Of a stretch of DNA of 64,000 bases, positions 1-13,743 are shown one piece after another. A program made the position numbers and the translations under genes. Every line of letters begins with the position of its first letter. Within the stretch, counting starts at the first letter, position 1. Below the pieces are notes generated by a model, which was not told where the DNA came from, did not search any database, and saw only the letters and a list, made by a program, of their open reading frames with translations. This DNA is from Azolla caroliniana (lineage: Eukaryota > Plantae > Polypodiophyta): NCBI GenBank assembly GCA_043228905.1, contig JBHGNT010000020.1, forward strand, positions 6,510,001 through 6,574,000, written 5' to 3'.

Positions 1-1040
1 TTATTTTTTGGTTGGATTTTTGCCTTTGCCTTTGCCCTCCCAAGCTCCACATCCAAAGTGGTCATTCATTCATTCATTCATTCATTCATGATTGATTGAT
101 TATTGATGAGTTAAAGGAGGATCTCAGTTGTGCTCCTCCTCGTCTTTGTTCAATCTGATTCTGGGCTATAGCTTGGTTTCTATTGATTTTCAGGAATAAG
201 AAAAAAAAATTCATAAAGGAAAGGCCAGGAAGCGAGCAAGAAAGAAAGCTTCTGATCAGGTAAGCTATGCTATGCTATGCTATGCTGTTTTTCAGAAATG
301 GATTTTGTTCTTTTTTCTGCTTCGCGACCTTTAAGCGTTCTGTTTCGTAACAAACATCATACATCTGTTAACGTTCAGCGTTTTTGTTAAAAAATAAATA
401 AATTTAAAGCATCTTTCTATAGAAGAAAAGCAAGAAAGAAAGCAAAAAAAATCAAGAAAGCTTCTGATGAGGTAAGATATGGCGTCCTTACGAACGTGGT
501 TATGCTATGTATTCCTTTTCACGAGATAATCTATATATCGTTTCGAATGGTTTTACTGTCTTTTTTAGTTACATGAGATATTATAAACTTTGGTGTTTTC
601 AGAAAGTTTTCTTCTCTGTTTGAAATTCAATTCTGTCATTTTAAGTTCTTATTTGCCTTTTTATTCTGTCTGTTCTGGCGTAGATTCATAGTGATTACCT
701 TCGCTTTCTTCTTCCAAGAAAGACAGAACTTGAGCCAGTTACCTCTGCTCCAAAACCACTCAAGAAAACCAGGGAAAAGATAATCCATCTTTGCCTTCTC
801 TTATTTGTTTGCTGATTTGGCAATTCCAATATTTAAAGAAAAGCAAGCAAAGAAAATACAAGAAAAGGGAAAACCAAAGTAGAAGCGAAGGAAGCGCAAA
901 GGAAATCAAATTTTCTCAGAGTAAAGAAGGCCCAGGAAGTAAACGCAAAGCAAAGCTATTGAAACCAAAAAATAGATGAGGAAAAAAGACAGAAAATAAG
1001 GATAGCCTCTATTTGTTTGAGTTTGTGGTTCTTTTTTTCC

Positions 1041-2195
1041 ATGAAGAAGTCTCCATTTTATGGAGGCGAGGAGCGAGAGGGGAGCCCTCGCGCGAAGAAA
1101 AGCAATTTGAGCCCAGCTACTAGGATTTGTTTTGAAAGAGAAACAATCGTGCACACTCATTCTTCAAATTTCCGTGAAGTTGTGCACCAGCTGACAGGGG
1201 CAGAGTCATCATCGAACGATGAAAGACCGCCCCCACTTTTTATTAATGGATCATCTCGGCACGAGAATGTGCCACCTAACAATGGTTTCAGTCGAGATGT
1301 TGTTTCCTCAGGTAACACCAATAGCAGCACGAGTAATATCCATAATAGCATCAAAGCACATTCATTTGGATCGTCGCGTCTTGAGAATATGGTCAATAAT
1401 GATGGTTTAGGTCGAGATGTATCCACCACCAGTAGGTATTCGTTTGGGCCATCTCGGCATGAGAATGTAGCCAATAACGGTGGTTTGGGTAGAGATGTTA
1501 GCACGGTCAATAGCATCAAGGGTCATTCGTTGGGATCGTCTCGTCTTGAGAATGCAGTCAATAACATGGCCAATAATGATGATGGCTTAATCAAAGATCA
1601 TTCACTTGGATCTTGTCTGCAGGAGAATGCTGCTAATAATGATGGTTTTGGTCAAGACTTTGTCGGCTCAAGTAGTCATGAAATGCATGCGAAAAGTGAT
1701 ACTCCTGCACCTGGCAAAACTCTTCAACTAGAAGCAAAGGGCCCCTTGGCTTTAAGACTTTTCGAGAGGAGGAGATCATCAAACAACAATAAAAGCTTCG
1801 GAAGGTTGTCTACTAACAGTAAAGATCTTCCAGCTTTGGTTTCAGGTCCTTTGACTCCATTAGCATGCGAATTCGAGAAGATTTGTTTCTCTCAGACACC
1901 CATTGGTAGCCCTGACAACCACCACCACCCTAAGCCAATATCATCAGAGGAAGAAGAACGAGGAAATAATGATATGCAAATATCGTCTTCCACCCATCCA
2001 ACAGGGATGGATATTAGTCTTAGTGTTACAAGAGTTGCGAATATGGAGCCAGATATGGATAATAACCATAAAAACCAACTGAGTGCTGAAGATGTAGCTA
2101 TTGCCGAGAAAGGTTTTTTCTTACACTCTGAAAGGCCTAGAAGTAGTGAATTGACATTGCTTCCCTTATTTCCAGAGTCCCCAAGGAACCTATAA
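1041..2195 (+). CDS. VQ-motif protein, VQ4/MVQ1-like group, with FxxxVHxLTG variant
   Basis: First ATG of ORF 1017..2195 is at 1041. FREVVHQLTG at 1170-1199. C-terminal AIAEKGFFLH...LLPLFP resembles the conserved end of VQ4/MVQ1-type proteins. Several SP/TP sites. Confidence 0.85.
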   Translation: MKKSPFYGGEEREGSPRAKKSNLSPATRICFERETIVHTHSSNFREVVHQLTGAESSSNDERPPPLFINGSSRHENVPPNNGFSRDVVSSGNTNSSTSNIHNSIKAHSFGSSRLENMVNNDGLGRDVSTTSRYSFGPSRHENVANNGGLGRDVSTVNSIKGHSLGSSRLENAVNNMANNDDGLIKDHSLGSCLQENAANNDGFGQDFVGSSSHEMHAKSDTPAPGKTLQLEAKGPLALRLFERRRSSNNNKSFGRLSTNSKDLPALVSGPLTPLACEFEKICFSQTPIGSPDNHHHPKPISSEEEERGNNDMQISSSTHPTGMDISLSVTRVANMEPDMDNNHKNQLSAEDVAIAEKGFFLHSERPRSSELTLLPLFPESPRNL

Positions 2196-3268
2196 TCAAA
2201 TCTTTTCCTTTCAGGGATTTCCCTTTGAATTGAAATTTTATATTGGAGGACTAGGATAGAGATATGTGGAGCCTTAAATTTTTCCCATTCTAATGAAGTT
2301 TATGTTCCATGGTCTAGTAAGGAAATGTCTACCTCTGTCTTTGGAGTCTGGAAATTGTTATGGGAATATAGATATATGGTTGTAATAAATCAATGTTTCA
2401 TGATCCTATGAGGAATGTCTGTCCAAGGGTTCAGTAATTTTATTTTTATTTTATGATTTTCACATCTTTCAAAGGGATTGGTTGATTTTTCTATCCAAGG
2501 GTTCAGTAATTGTATTTTTATTTTATGATTTTCACATCTTTCAAAGGGATTGGTTGATTTTTAAGGGGAACAGTTTGTAAAACTATTGACTTTAATAGGT
2601 TCCAAATTCCATGGGTTTCTTTTGAGCACTTCATAACTCACTACAAGAAACTATGTTGGTTTCTTCAAAGGTATTGGATGGCTTTTCAGGGGAATAGTAT
2701 CTAAAGTTGTTGACTCTAAATAGGTTCCAACTGTCCATTGGGCTTCTTTGGAGCACTTCATAACTCATTGAGTTGCACGAAATTGTGTTTGCTCGTATGC
2801 ACAAAATTGAGTTGCACGAATATAGGTTTAACAGATCTTATGCATTGCCTTATATCTTTTGCTACTGAAAACAAGCATTTGAAATGCTCCTGTGCTCCTG
2901 CTGGCTGGCCTAAGAAGCTATATTTATGGGATTTCCTTTAAGGTTGATTAAATTATTCCCAATGTCGACTGAACATAATCCACCTTGTTTTATCTTTGCT
3001 TGTTTGTTTTGCCTTTAATTGATAATGATCTTTGAAAGTGTGTTTGAATGAAGAGTTGTCTTTGATATTATAAGAGTTTCAATTTAAAGCCTCATGTTTA
3101 TGACAGCTACGACTTACCAGTTTTCCTTTCGATCCTAAGAGTTTCAAAACAGTTTGCCATCGATTGGCTAGTGTGCACATACAATGATAGCATATATTAT
3201 TAATGGAAAGTTTTTTCATGAGTTTCTCTTGCAAGGAAAATTTTCCATAAGTAGGTAGTAGGGCAGTT

Positions 3269-3728
3269 TGTTGGAGGGTGGCAGCTCTAAACCTGCACTC
3301 TCTTTCATCTTTGTTATCTTTGTTCTACATTCTCTCTCTTCTAGATTCTTCTCTGTCTAGGATTTGTAACTCTTTAAATGCTTTCTCTCTCTAGAATTTG
3401 CAATGCTTTAAATGCCTTTTTTCTCGCTCACTTTTTCCAAGATATTCTTTTCTAGTTTATTGTACCCGCTTGATAGTAGAAGAGTCACTTAACTACCAAA
3501 TAACCATTTCACCCACTTTCCTCAATTTTGTAGAAATAGGCTATACCAGCCTCTTTTGTAAAGTCTTCTACTTTTGCTGCTACTTACAAATAAGCTCTAC
3601 TCTTTGGTTGTGTATCTATTCTTTGCAACCATTTTTTCTACTACTGTCTAACAACCTTCTCACAACTTGGGAGTGTCTATTTTGTTTTAACAATTGTTCC
3701 GCTATTGCTATTAACAACTTTTATCACA
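3269..3728 (+). repeat. 5' LTR of Copia-1
   Basis: tgttggagggtggc...ttttatcaca, repeated at 8342-8811 with many substitutions and indels. Confidence 0.9.
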
Positions 3729-3982
3729 TGGTATTAGACTCAACCTAATTTTTTTTTGCCAAAGAGCACACAGACCTATCTTCTTTTATCCCTCCCTTCC
3801 AACCCTATATAGGAGGTTCTCTAAGCAACCACCCTCCCAACCTATAGAGGAGGTTCTTCTTCTTCTTTTTCTTTTCCCCTCATCTGAGCCTCATCTAGCA
3901 TCTAGGGACGGGTAGAAAGACCCTGAGCATCTACTTACAACTATTGCAAATTGTCCAATTGTAGCTCAAGAGGAGGATATCC

Positions 3983-6900
3983 ATGGCCTCACATGCCACC
4001 ATTGTTTCATCAACCATTCCCCAACTCCCCAAAGAGTCCATCTTGGATCGGAACAATTACTTGGATTGAGAACTGCAAATAAAGACCTTGTTATAGCGCC
4101 ATTGTCTATGGAATGTAGTCAATGGCAGTGACAAGAAACCACTGGTAACTTCATCCTCTTCAACCAAATTAGTTGTTGGCTCATTTAATGCTGAGATTGA
4201 AGCTTGGCTAGATAAGGATTCTCGTGCTCATGATTTCCTCATGTTTAATATTAAACCGAGCATCGCTTGTCAATTTCATGATACAGATGAAGAAACAACC
4301 ACTGAACTATGGGCAACCATAAAAAAGAGGTATCTTCGAGCTAATCATACTCAAATGATAACTATTGATAGCCAACTAGCAAATCTCAAGATTCATGACA
4401 CTCCCAACATCATGGATGAAATAACGCAATTTGTTACTCTTCAAAAGGAACTAGTTTCTTTGGGAAGCAAGTCAATTGAAATTGAGTTTGTGCATCGTCT
4501 AATTATAAAGTTACCTGAGTCATTCTCAGCCTTTTGTGACACAATTTCTCTTCTTCCCAACACACATGATATGAATACATTTCTTGGCATGCTACAAGAC
4601 AAGGCAACTAGGAAGGAAAGTGCTCAAACTTCCAATGAGACGATTCTACATGCGAAAAGTAAAGGCAAGTGGAAGCAAAATGGCAACTCCTACAACAAAC
4701 CCAATCCAAGACCATCAAACAACCTAGCCTACAATGAGCTCACCAGTCATTATTGTGGCTACAAAGGTCACATTCAACCCGATTGTCAAAAAAAGAAAAG
4801 GGACAATGCCAAGAAATCTTCTTCTACCGAAAGTCGACCTTCACCAAAATCAAACTCGGTCCACTCAACCAAAGAAACAGTTTTCCTTGGCATTGAGGAA
4901 CATTCTTCACATTTGGTTGGAACAACTACCTCAACCATTGATGAGTGGTTACTAGATAGTGGTGCCACTACACACATGACTTTGACAAATCCATTTTGCA
5001 TGATGTGAAGCCTAGCTCCTTCCAAATCTCCATAGGAGATGCCTCAAGCATTGAGGCTTCGTGTGTGGTAATGTGTTTCTTAACAAATCTTCAAATGACG
5101 AACATCTTGTTCTTCAAGATGTGTTACATGTGCCTTGCATCTCTACCAACCTACTTTCGGTTTACCAAATTACTAAGCAAGGTTATGGAGTCTACTTTGA
5201 TAGCTAAGTTTTGGAAGTCATTGACACCAACAACCTACAATTTGCAGCTAATGGCACACAAGAAGGGGGTTTATATCGCCTAAAAAGTTCCCATAGCCCC
5301 TTCGAAAAAACCAAATCTCATCTTCTTCAATGCTCTCATGCCTTGGTGGAACAAGAAGATCCCATGTTGTGGCATGCTAGGTTCGGTCACCTCAACTACG
5401 ATTCTCTACAAAAGCTCTCCTCTTCACAACTAGTTGAGGGTTTGCCTATTTTCAAACCTCCCAATACCCCATGTGTTGCTTGTCTTCATGGCAAGCAACA
5501 TCAAGAGCCTTTCCCTCGTGAAGCCACTCACCGTGCAACATCTATCTTGGAGTTAGTGCACATGGATCTTTGTGGTCCCAGGAAAATCACTACTCTTGGT
5601 GGTGCACGCTACGTCATGCTTATACGTTGTGGCATGCTAGGTTCAGTCACATCAACTACGATTCTCTACAAAAGCTCTCCTCTTCACAACTAGTTGAGGG
5701 TCGGCCTATTTTCAAAACTCCCAATACCCCATGTGTTGCTTGTCTTCATGGCAAGCAACATCGAGAGCCTTTCCCTTGTGAAGCCAATCACCGTGCAACA
5801 TCTATCTTGGAGTTAGTGCACGTGGATCTTTGTGGTCCCAAGAAAACCACTACTCTTGGTGGTGCACGCTACGCCATGCTTATAATTGATGATTTCTCCC
5901 GCAAGGTTTGGGTTTATTTTCTTGTAGAGAAATCTCAAGCCTTCACCAAATTTCAAGAATGGGTAGCTCTTGTTGAGAACAAGACATCAAAGAAAGTTCG
6001 AAAGATCAAGTTCGACAATGGTGGAGAGTTTAGCTCCCAAGCTTTCCACCATTTTTGCTCTCAACGAGGCATTGCTCACCAATTTTCCACACACAATACT
6101 CCTCAACAAAATGGTGTTGTAGAGAGGAAGAACTAGACAGTCCAAGAGATGGCTCGTACAATGCTATCTCAATATGATCTTCCTCTTGTTTTGGGGTGAA
6201 GCTGTCAACACAATAGTCTACATCATCAATTGCTGCCCAACGAAAGCAGTTGTTGCGATGACCCTTGCAGAAGCATTTACAGGTGTAAAGCCCTTAGTTT
6301 CTCATTTAAAAGTCTTTGGTTGTGATGCCTATGTTCACATTTCAGATCATAAAAGGACTAAATTTGAGTCCAAAACCAAGAAATGCAAATTTCTTGGTTA
6401 CAACACAAAATCTAAAGCCTATAGGTTATGGGATTTAGAATCAAAGTCCCTTAGAGTCATCTCGAGGGATGTTCATTTTGTGGAGTCTCAGTTGGACGAC
6501 TCTAGGATTTCACCTGAGTTCACGGTTGAAATCCCAGCTCCCCCAAAATCTCCTATTTTAGACGAAGATGTCTCAACTTCAAGCCCCCCATCTCCTCATA
6601 CTCAATCTCTAACTTCGCCAACAATTCAAACCTCTCCCTCAACTCCACTAATTTCCCCTCCCCTCTACACACCAACTTCCACCACTTCCCAAGTGGCTTC
6701 AAGCCACGTTTCGTGATTCTCATCTCTTTGATGTTGAACTTCATGAGTATAGAACTAGACCAACATGAAAAGAACATGTATGCAACTTTGCCTTACTATG
6801 CACTGGTGTGCAATCACAAGAACCCACAATACCAAAAGAGGCCATGTTCTTCCAAAGTGGAAAGCAACAATGGAAGTTGAACTTGATTCCATTGAGCGGA

Positions 6901-8337
6901 ATCATACATGGGAGCTAGTTCCACAGACTCAACATCGACAAGTCATTGGACTGAATTGGATTTTCAAGACCAAGTACCATGTTGATGGTACTTTGGATAA
7001 ACACAAGGCATGTTTAGTTGCAAAAGGCTACTCACAAGTTGAAGCAGTGGATTATGAGGAAACTTTTGCTCCAATAGCAAGGTACACCTCTATTCGATGT
7101 GCGCTTGCACTTGTTGCTCACAACAAATGGCCCATCTTTCAAATGGATGTCAAGTCAACCTTCCTTAATTGTGACTTGAGAGAGGAGGTTTATGTTGAAC
7201 AACCTCCAGGTTTTGAGATTTCAAAGCAGAAAAACATGGTCTACAGGTTACACAAAGCCTTGTATGGCTTAAAGCAAGCTTGGCATGACAAAATTGATAT
7301 TCTCTCTCTTTTGGGTTTCAGAATTGTTATGTTGACAACAATCTCTATGTTTTTTCCCAAGATAATTTGTTATGCTTGATCATATTATATGTTGATGACC
7401 TTCTAATTATAGGGTCCCTTGCTTCTAAAATCAAGGAGCTCCATGTTGACCTCAAAACAACATTCGAAAATAACTTATCTAGGACTTCTCCATTATTTCA
7501 TAGGTATGGAGGTCTATCAATCACATGGTGGTATTTTCATTAGCCAACATAGGTATCTCAAGCAGCTCCTTGAGACCTATAGCATGTCAAATTGCAAGCC
7601 ACTCTCTTGTCCAATGGATCCAAACTCAAAGTTATCTCGTGAAGTCAATTCTCCCATATTTGAAGATATCACGACATATAGAAGGTTAATTGGGTCCCTT
7701 CTTCACTTAAATTACACCAGGCCTGATTTGTCCTATAGCGTGAGTATTCTCAACCAATTCTCAAGTGTTCCAAGACAAAGTCATTAGTAAGCAGTTATTC
7801 AAGTTCTTCGGTATTTGCCCAACACATTCAACTATGGTCAATCTTTTAGAGCCGACATTGAGCTTGTTGGCTACTCAGATCCTGATTGGGCAGGTGATAT
7901 TGATTCTAGAAGGTCCACATCTGGCTATTGTTTTATGTTAGGTTCAGGCTTGATTTCTTAGAAATCGAAGAAACAAAACTCAGTTTCTACTTCATCGACG
8001 GAAGCTGAATATCGTGCCTACTTGGATACTTGCTATGAGTTGCTATGGTTAATGCAATTGTTTTCTTACATTGGTATCTTGTAAGACTCCTTTTGCAGTT
8101 TTCACCGACAGCCAAAGTGTTTGTGCCTTGGCACATAGCTCAACATTTCATGGTAGAACAAAACATATCGAAGTGCACTACCATTTTGTTCATGAATTAG
8201 TGAAATCACAAGTCATCAACTTGGCATATTGTCCTACTCAAGAAAATGTGGCTGATTTATTTACTAAGCCACTTCCAAGGCAAGCCATTGATCAACTCCT
8301 TAGTCAACTTAATGTTCGACCATCATTCTGGAGCTAA
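3983..8337 (+). pseudogene. Disrupted gag-pol of Copia-1
   Basis: ORF fragments 4241-5008, 5211-6136, 6174-6716, 6765-7787 and 8071-8337, broken by stops and frameshifts. Confidence 0.9.
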
Positions 8338-8341
8338 GAGG

Positions 8342-8811
8342 TGTTGGAGGGTGGCAACTCCAAACCTGCACTCTCTTTCATCTTTATTATCTCTGTTCTA
8401 CATTCTCTCTCTTCCTAGATTCTTCCCTCTCTAGGATTTACAACTCTTTAAATGACTTCTCTCTCTAGAATCTGCAATGCTTTAAAATGCCTTCTCTCTT
8501 TCACTTTTTCCAAGATATTCCCTCTTATTCCTAGTTTATTGTACATGTTTGGTAGTACAAGAGTCACTTAACTACCAAACAACCATTTCACCCACTTTCC
8601 CCAATTTGTAGAAATAGGCTATACGAGCCTCTTTTGGGAAGACTTACTTTTGCTCCTACTTGCAAACAAGCTCTACTCTTTGGTTGTGTCTCTATTCTTT
8701 GCAACCATTTTTTCTACTACTGTCAAACAACCTTCTCACAGCTTGGGAGTGTCTATTTTGTTCTAAGTTCTAACAACTGTTCCATTGCTGCTATTAACAA
8801 CTTTTATCACA
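8342..8811 (+). repeat. 3' LTR of Copia-1
   Basis: Matches 3269-3728 and is followed by TSD cagtt. Confidence 0.9.
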
Positions 8812-8929
8812 CAGTTTTCTATGGTCATGCATTTAGACTGGATGTGTACATGTTTTTACACTATTGATCACCCCAATATTGGTAAATTTTCAATGTAAGA
8901 TTGTATGTATTTTACTCGTATCAAAATTT

Positions 8930-9622
8930 TAGACAATCCAATGGAACAATACCATTATTCACTTTCGCATGCAATCTCAACGATGTGTTATTTGACTCCG
9001 TTGAGCCAATTTACAATTCTCAAATTATAGTCCTTTGTTGTGGCAAAATAATTTGATAACCTAGACTGATACAATGGAACAATGCCTTTGTTCGTTTTTG
9101 CATACAATCTCAAGAAGTGTTACTTGACTCAATTGATCCTATTAGCAATGCTCAAATTATGGGCTTTTTTGTGGCAAATTTTGATAATCTAGACTACAAA
9201 TATTGATCCTATTTACAATTCTCAAATTATGGGCCTTTGTGATGACAAATTTTGATAACCTAAACTACAAATGTTGATCCTATCTTCAATTCTGAAATTA
9301 TAAGCTTGTGACAAATTTTGATAATCTAGGCTGCAAATATTGATCCTATTTACAATTGATCCTATTAGCAATGCTCAAATTATGGGCTTTTTTTGTGGCA
9401 AATTTTGATAATCTAGACTACAAATATTGATCCTATTTACAATTCTCAAATTATGGGCCTTTGTGATGACAAATTTTGATAACCTAAACTACAAATGTTG
9501 ATCCTATCTTCAGTTCTGAAATTATAAGCTTGTGACAAATTTTGATAATCTAGGCTGCAAATATTGATCCTATTTACAATTCTCAAATTATGGGTCTGTG
9601 TTCACAAAATTTTTATAACCTA
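8930..9622. repeat. AT-rich tandem repeat (two ~135-bp units followed by ~69-bp units)
   Basis: Recurring attgatcctatttacaattctcaaattatgggc...aaattttgataatctagactacaaat. Confidence 0.85.
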
Positions 9623-11129
9623 TTTTTTATTCCATATAGTGGCACCAATATGAAGCAAAGTGGGAAGCCATCATTTTCCTACTTCTAACTTCATTATCAA
9701 GAATTATGTTCGTAAAATTAGCTATAGGTATAACACCGTTGAGGATTGGGATACAACGCCTTTTTTGTTGCACCCCATCTTATAATTTCAATTTGTACGA
9801 AAAAAATCAAAACTACATAAAATTCAAAAAAGAAAGTTGAAAACTCTCAAAATAACTGTGATATTTTCTACCTAAACAACTAAAACTGAAATTGAAGATT
9901 ATTCGTACACAAGGTGGGCTTCATTTCTTGTAAAATTCAAGAATGAAAAGGCTTAAAAGTTCTACAAGTAATCATAACACTATTTGGCCAAGCATAATAC
10001 TAATGCTTTTTGTTATAACATGGTGATTTCTTTCTATCATCAATGTATGGTGCAAGTTGTATATTTCACATGTTGTCAACAGCCATACCTATCAAATGAA
10101 TGTCAAAAACTTCAGAAAAAGTCTTATTGATTGTAAATTGCTACTATGAAACTCAGTCCGTAACAAAAATTTGTAAGTTGACAATGGTGAGGGAGGTGAG
10201 AAAAACCCTTATAGTACAACCACACATTTTTGCATCTCATTGAGAAACATCGCTATTTGATGTTGTAAGTAGATAATGGGGAGTGAAGAAAGAAAATCGC
10301 AATAGTACAACCTAGCATATTTTTGCATCTCATTGAGAAACATAGCTATTTGATGTTAGATGTTACAAACTTACATAGAGACAACCTATGCAATCTTCTA
10401 TTGATAATAGATTTAACTGTTTACATTAACTGTCTCCAGCTCAACCTTTGTGAGGAAAATTAAGGATTTCTCCAAGCACAAATCTTAGTATAGAGCAAGC
10501 TAATACAGTTTGTATGGTTACTACATAAATTCTCTTCATACAAACAATACATTGATTCCATAGTACCCCAAAGGTGGAATATTTCCCTAAGAGAATGTGT
10601 CCAATTGTACAGTTGTACAACAATATGAGACAATTAAATGTCCTTATAGATAGTAAAAACCAAGCTGAAGGTTATGTTAACAAGAACCACTTCTCTAGAC
10701 TACTATTATGACTACATTTACCATTGGAAAAGCTGATCATTTATGCATCTGACCCACATGTATAATATGCTTTGATGTGTATCGAACTACATAAAGACAT
10801 TTACGATGATACTATAGGCTTCCTGCAGACGTTTCACTCGTGGTATGTAAAGTCACATATTTTTCTTTTGTTGATGTTATGGATAGGCAATTTGAAATTA
10901 AAAATAAAATTTGCAAATCATCAAAAACAGTTGCTGAACTCGCAAACATAAAGTATATGGTTGTCAGGTTGTGAAGCTAGTTCCTTATGGTGATGCCAAA
11001 TTTTGATGTTTCTATATCAGGCAATATATATATATATATGTTACACTTGGCATTCAAAAGGCAACCCAATTCCCTCCCAAGAATATAAAATTATCTAAAC
11101 AAAATAACCTCATGTTGCACTGCCATATC

Positions 11130-11190
11130 TTAATACTCAAAAGCACGGACCGTATGATCATCTGAGCTTGAAAGTATGTACCTTTGGCCC
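11130..11190 (-). CDS. AAMP: WD40 gene coding exon 13 (terminal)
   Basis: [19 protein letters not shown] after ttcag acceptor. Confidence 0.85.
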
Positions 11191-11535
11191 CTGAAATTCC
11201 ACATGGGGATGACTATCTTAGTGTTGTGGTCATTCAATGTGCATATTTAAAAACATGGACATTCATGGGGAAAAGCAACATACTTCGATAATGCAAGGTC
11301 TAAAATAGCATCTTCATGTCCAGAGAAGACTTTCTGGCATGTTCCTGTGCGACTATCCCACACTCTTATCTTACCATCAATGCATCCAGTCAAGATAGTA
11401 TCACAACTCTCTGACCAAATCAACTTTACGACTCCCTCCTACAAAACATAAAAAATATGGATCTCTGTTAAGACAATTAAAATTCATTGAAATGTTGCCC
11501 CCCACCTTATTCATGTTTTGCAACAAACTGCAAAG

Positions 11536-11617
<82 letters not shown>

Positions 11618-13694
11618 CTATTTAGAGCTACTCTATACTATTAATTTCTAGAAACCAAGAACTTCATTAATATGAGAAGGATTTAATGCATTTTAATCAG
11701 AGTCTTAGTATTTTATATCCCATCCAAAATTGGTGAGACAAGAAGTTAAATAATTTAGTACTTTTATTTGTAATGCTATTAGATGCCAGCAAGATATGGC
11801 TCAGAACCCCCAGTAGCTAATGAACTATCAAAGCACAAGAATGATTACCTCATGTTCACATGTAGCCCTTGATGTACAAGTTTGTAAATCCCATATATGA
11901 AGCAAACCATCCATTCCTCCCGTGGCTGCCATAGGAAGGCTGAAACATTAACAAAGCCAAAGTTACCTATTGAACGCCCAAGCTAATTCAAAACTCTTTG
12001 GAGAATACCTATAACTCATACCCAACAAAGCAAAACTTAGCATTTGGGCCTTAAACGTATCATGCATATCCAATTTGATTTATGCATACAATAATTGGAT
12101 GATGCATGTACATTTATATGAAAGGTAAATTTTTAACCGTGGTATGTTCCATCAACCTGCTTGAAAGTCCAACACACTCAATTGATTTTGAATGGCCACT
12201 TAGAGAACCCATAACCTGAAATTTAATCAATTCATTTCCAGCAATCACTGAGAGACTTCAATACCATGAAATATTGTGATTGACTATCCATATTTTTATA
12301 ATATAACATTGCTGATACTTGGAAAAATAGAAGCACCTTTCCTGTGCGGATATTGACAATATGAACACTTGAATCAGTTGAGCCAGAAATGGTTATGGTA
12401 GAATCATTGCTGAAGTCAAGGCACGTTATACCTTCTGTATGAAATGGATATCCTACAATAGAGATTTTCCAAATAAACTAAAAAAGAACAAAATTTATGT
12501 AATCCTTTCATGCATTTTACTTGAGTATTCAGTACATGTGTTCCACAATTGATGATATCTATTAACACCTTGTATAATATGGAGACATTCTCCCGACTTC
12601 GGGTTCCAAACCCTCAGAGCAGCATCTGCAGAACCAGTGCATACAGTTTTCCCTGCGGTATTATAGCCCAGAAACATAATCTTCCATTAATAATTTTCTC
12701 AAACAAACTTTAAGTTTTTCCTGCAGTATTACGGCAAAATGTGAAACATAAAAAGAGTGTGGAGCAAAGAATAATATTCCTCACAAGAATCTTCTGACTT
12801 GCAAGGAGAATGCATACATTACATATCGATAACTCCTTCTCATGCAACATTTAATTACTATCACATAAGACTCACTGACATACATATCTATAAAATCAGA
12901 ATGGTTTCAGTAACTCTATATTTCAATAACAATATACAGTAATTAGCACTTGTACTAGCACAACATCATTAGCTTTCAGAAATTTCCCTCCTAAAATGGT
13001 AGCTTTTATTGAGAATGTATGTACCATCAGGAGTAAAGCCTCCACATGTGACTGAACCATTATGGCCAGCAAAAACAGAGAGACATGCTCCGGTGTCTGC
13101 ATTCCACATCCAACTTGTAAAGTCCTCTGATCCAGCTAATACCACACGTCCTCGAGGATGCCACCTTAGCCACTGGCAAAATAAAGCACAGAAAATATGA
13201 TGTTACTCTCACATTAGAGTTAAAAATTTAAGAAATAGATTATATGCATCATCTCTCACACACTTTTAGCAATACATAGATATATTCTTTGATATCCAGT
13301 AATGCATATAAAGAATGAGAAAATGTTGAAGTAGAATATGATCACAATGAATATGATTCTTCAAATTCTCTAAAAGGTAATTATGCAATCAAAATAAACC
13401 AAAATGAACCCGTTGTGTTTATTCATGAGGATGTTTCTGCCCAAATCCATGGAAGAAGCGATATTTTTCCATAAGCTTATTGTAAAGAATCTAACTCTAG
13501 TAGAGTTGAGTATTCAAAAGTGTAGTGTGTGCGTGCGTGCGGGCGTGCGTGGGGGCGTGTGTGCATGTGTGTGTATGCGTGTGTGTGTGTGTGCGTGTGT
13601 GTGTGTGTGGGTGCGTGTGTGTGTGTGTGTGTGGGTGTGTGTGTGTGTGTGTGTGCATGTGTGCACGCGTGCGTGCGTGCGTGCGTGCGTGCGT

Positions 13695-13743
<49 letters not shown>

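Larger units (their letters stand above)
3269..8811 (+). mobile_element. Ty1/Copia LTR retrotransposon, full length but decayed (Copia-1)
   Basis: LTRs 3269-3728 and 8342-8811 (TG...CA). TSD CAGTT at 3264-3268 and 8812-8816. Degenerate Met PBS tggtattaga at 3729. Gag, PR (LLDSGAT), INT, RT, RH fragments in Copia order. Confidence 0.95.

Noticed and set aside
2419-2770. Short local duplications downstream of the VQ gene (also at ~10210-10355)
   Set aside because: Ordinary tandem duplications with no sign of function
9745-9920. Imperfect palindrome and AT-rich stretch, possible MITE end
   Set aside because: No matching second terminus or TSD found
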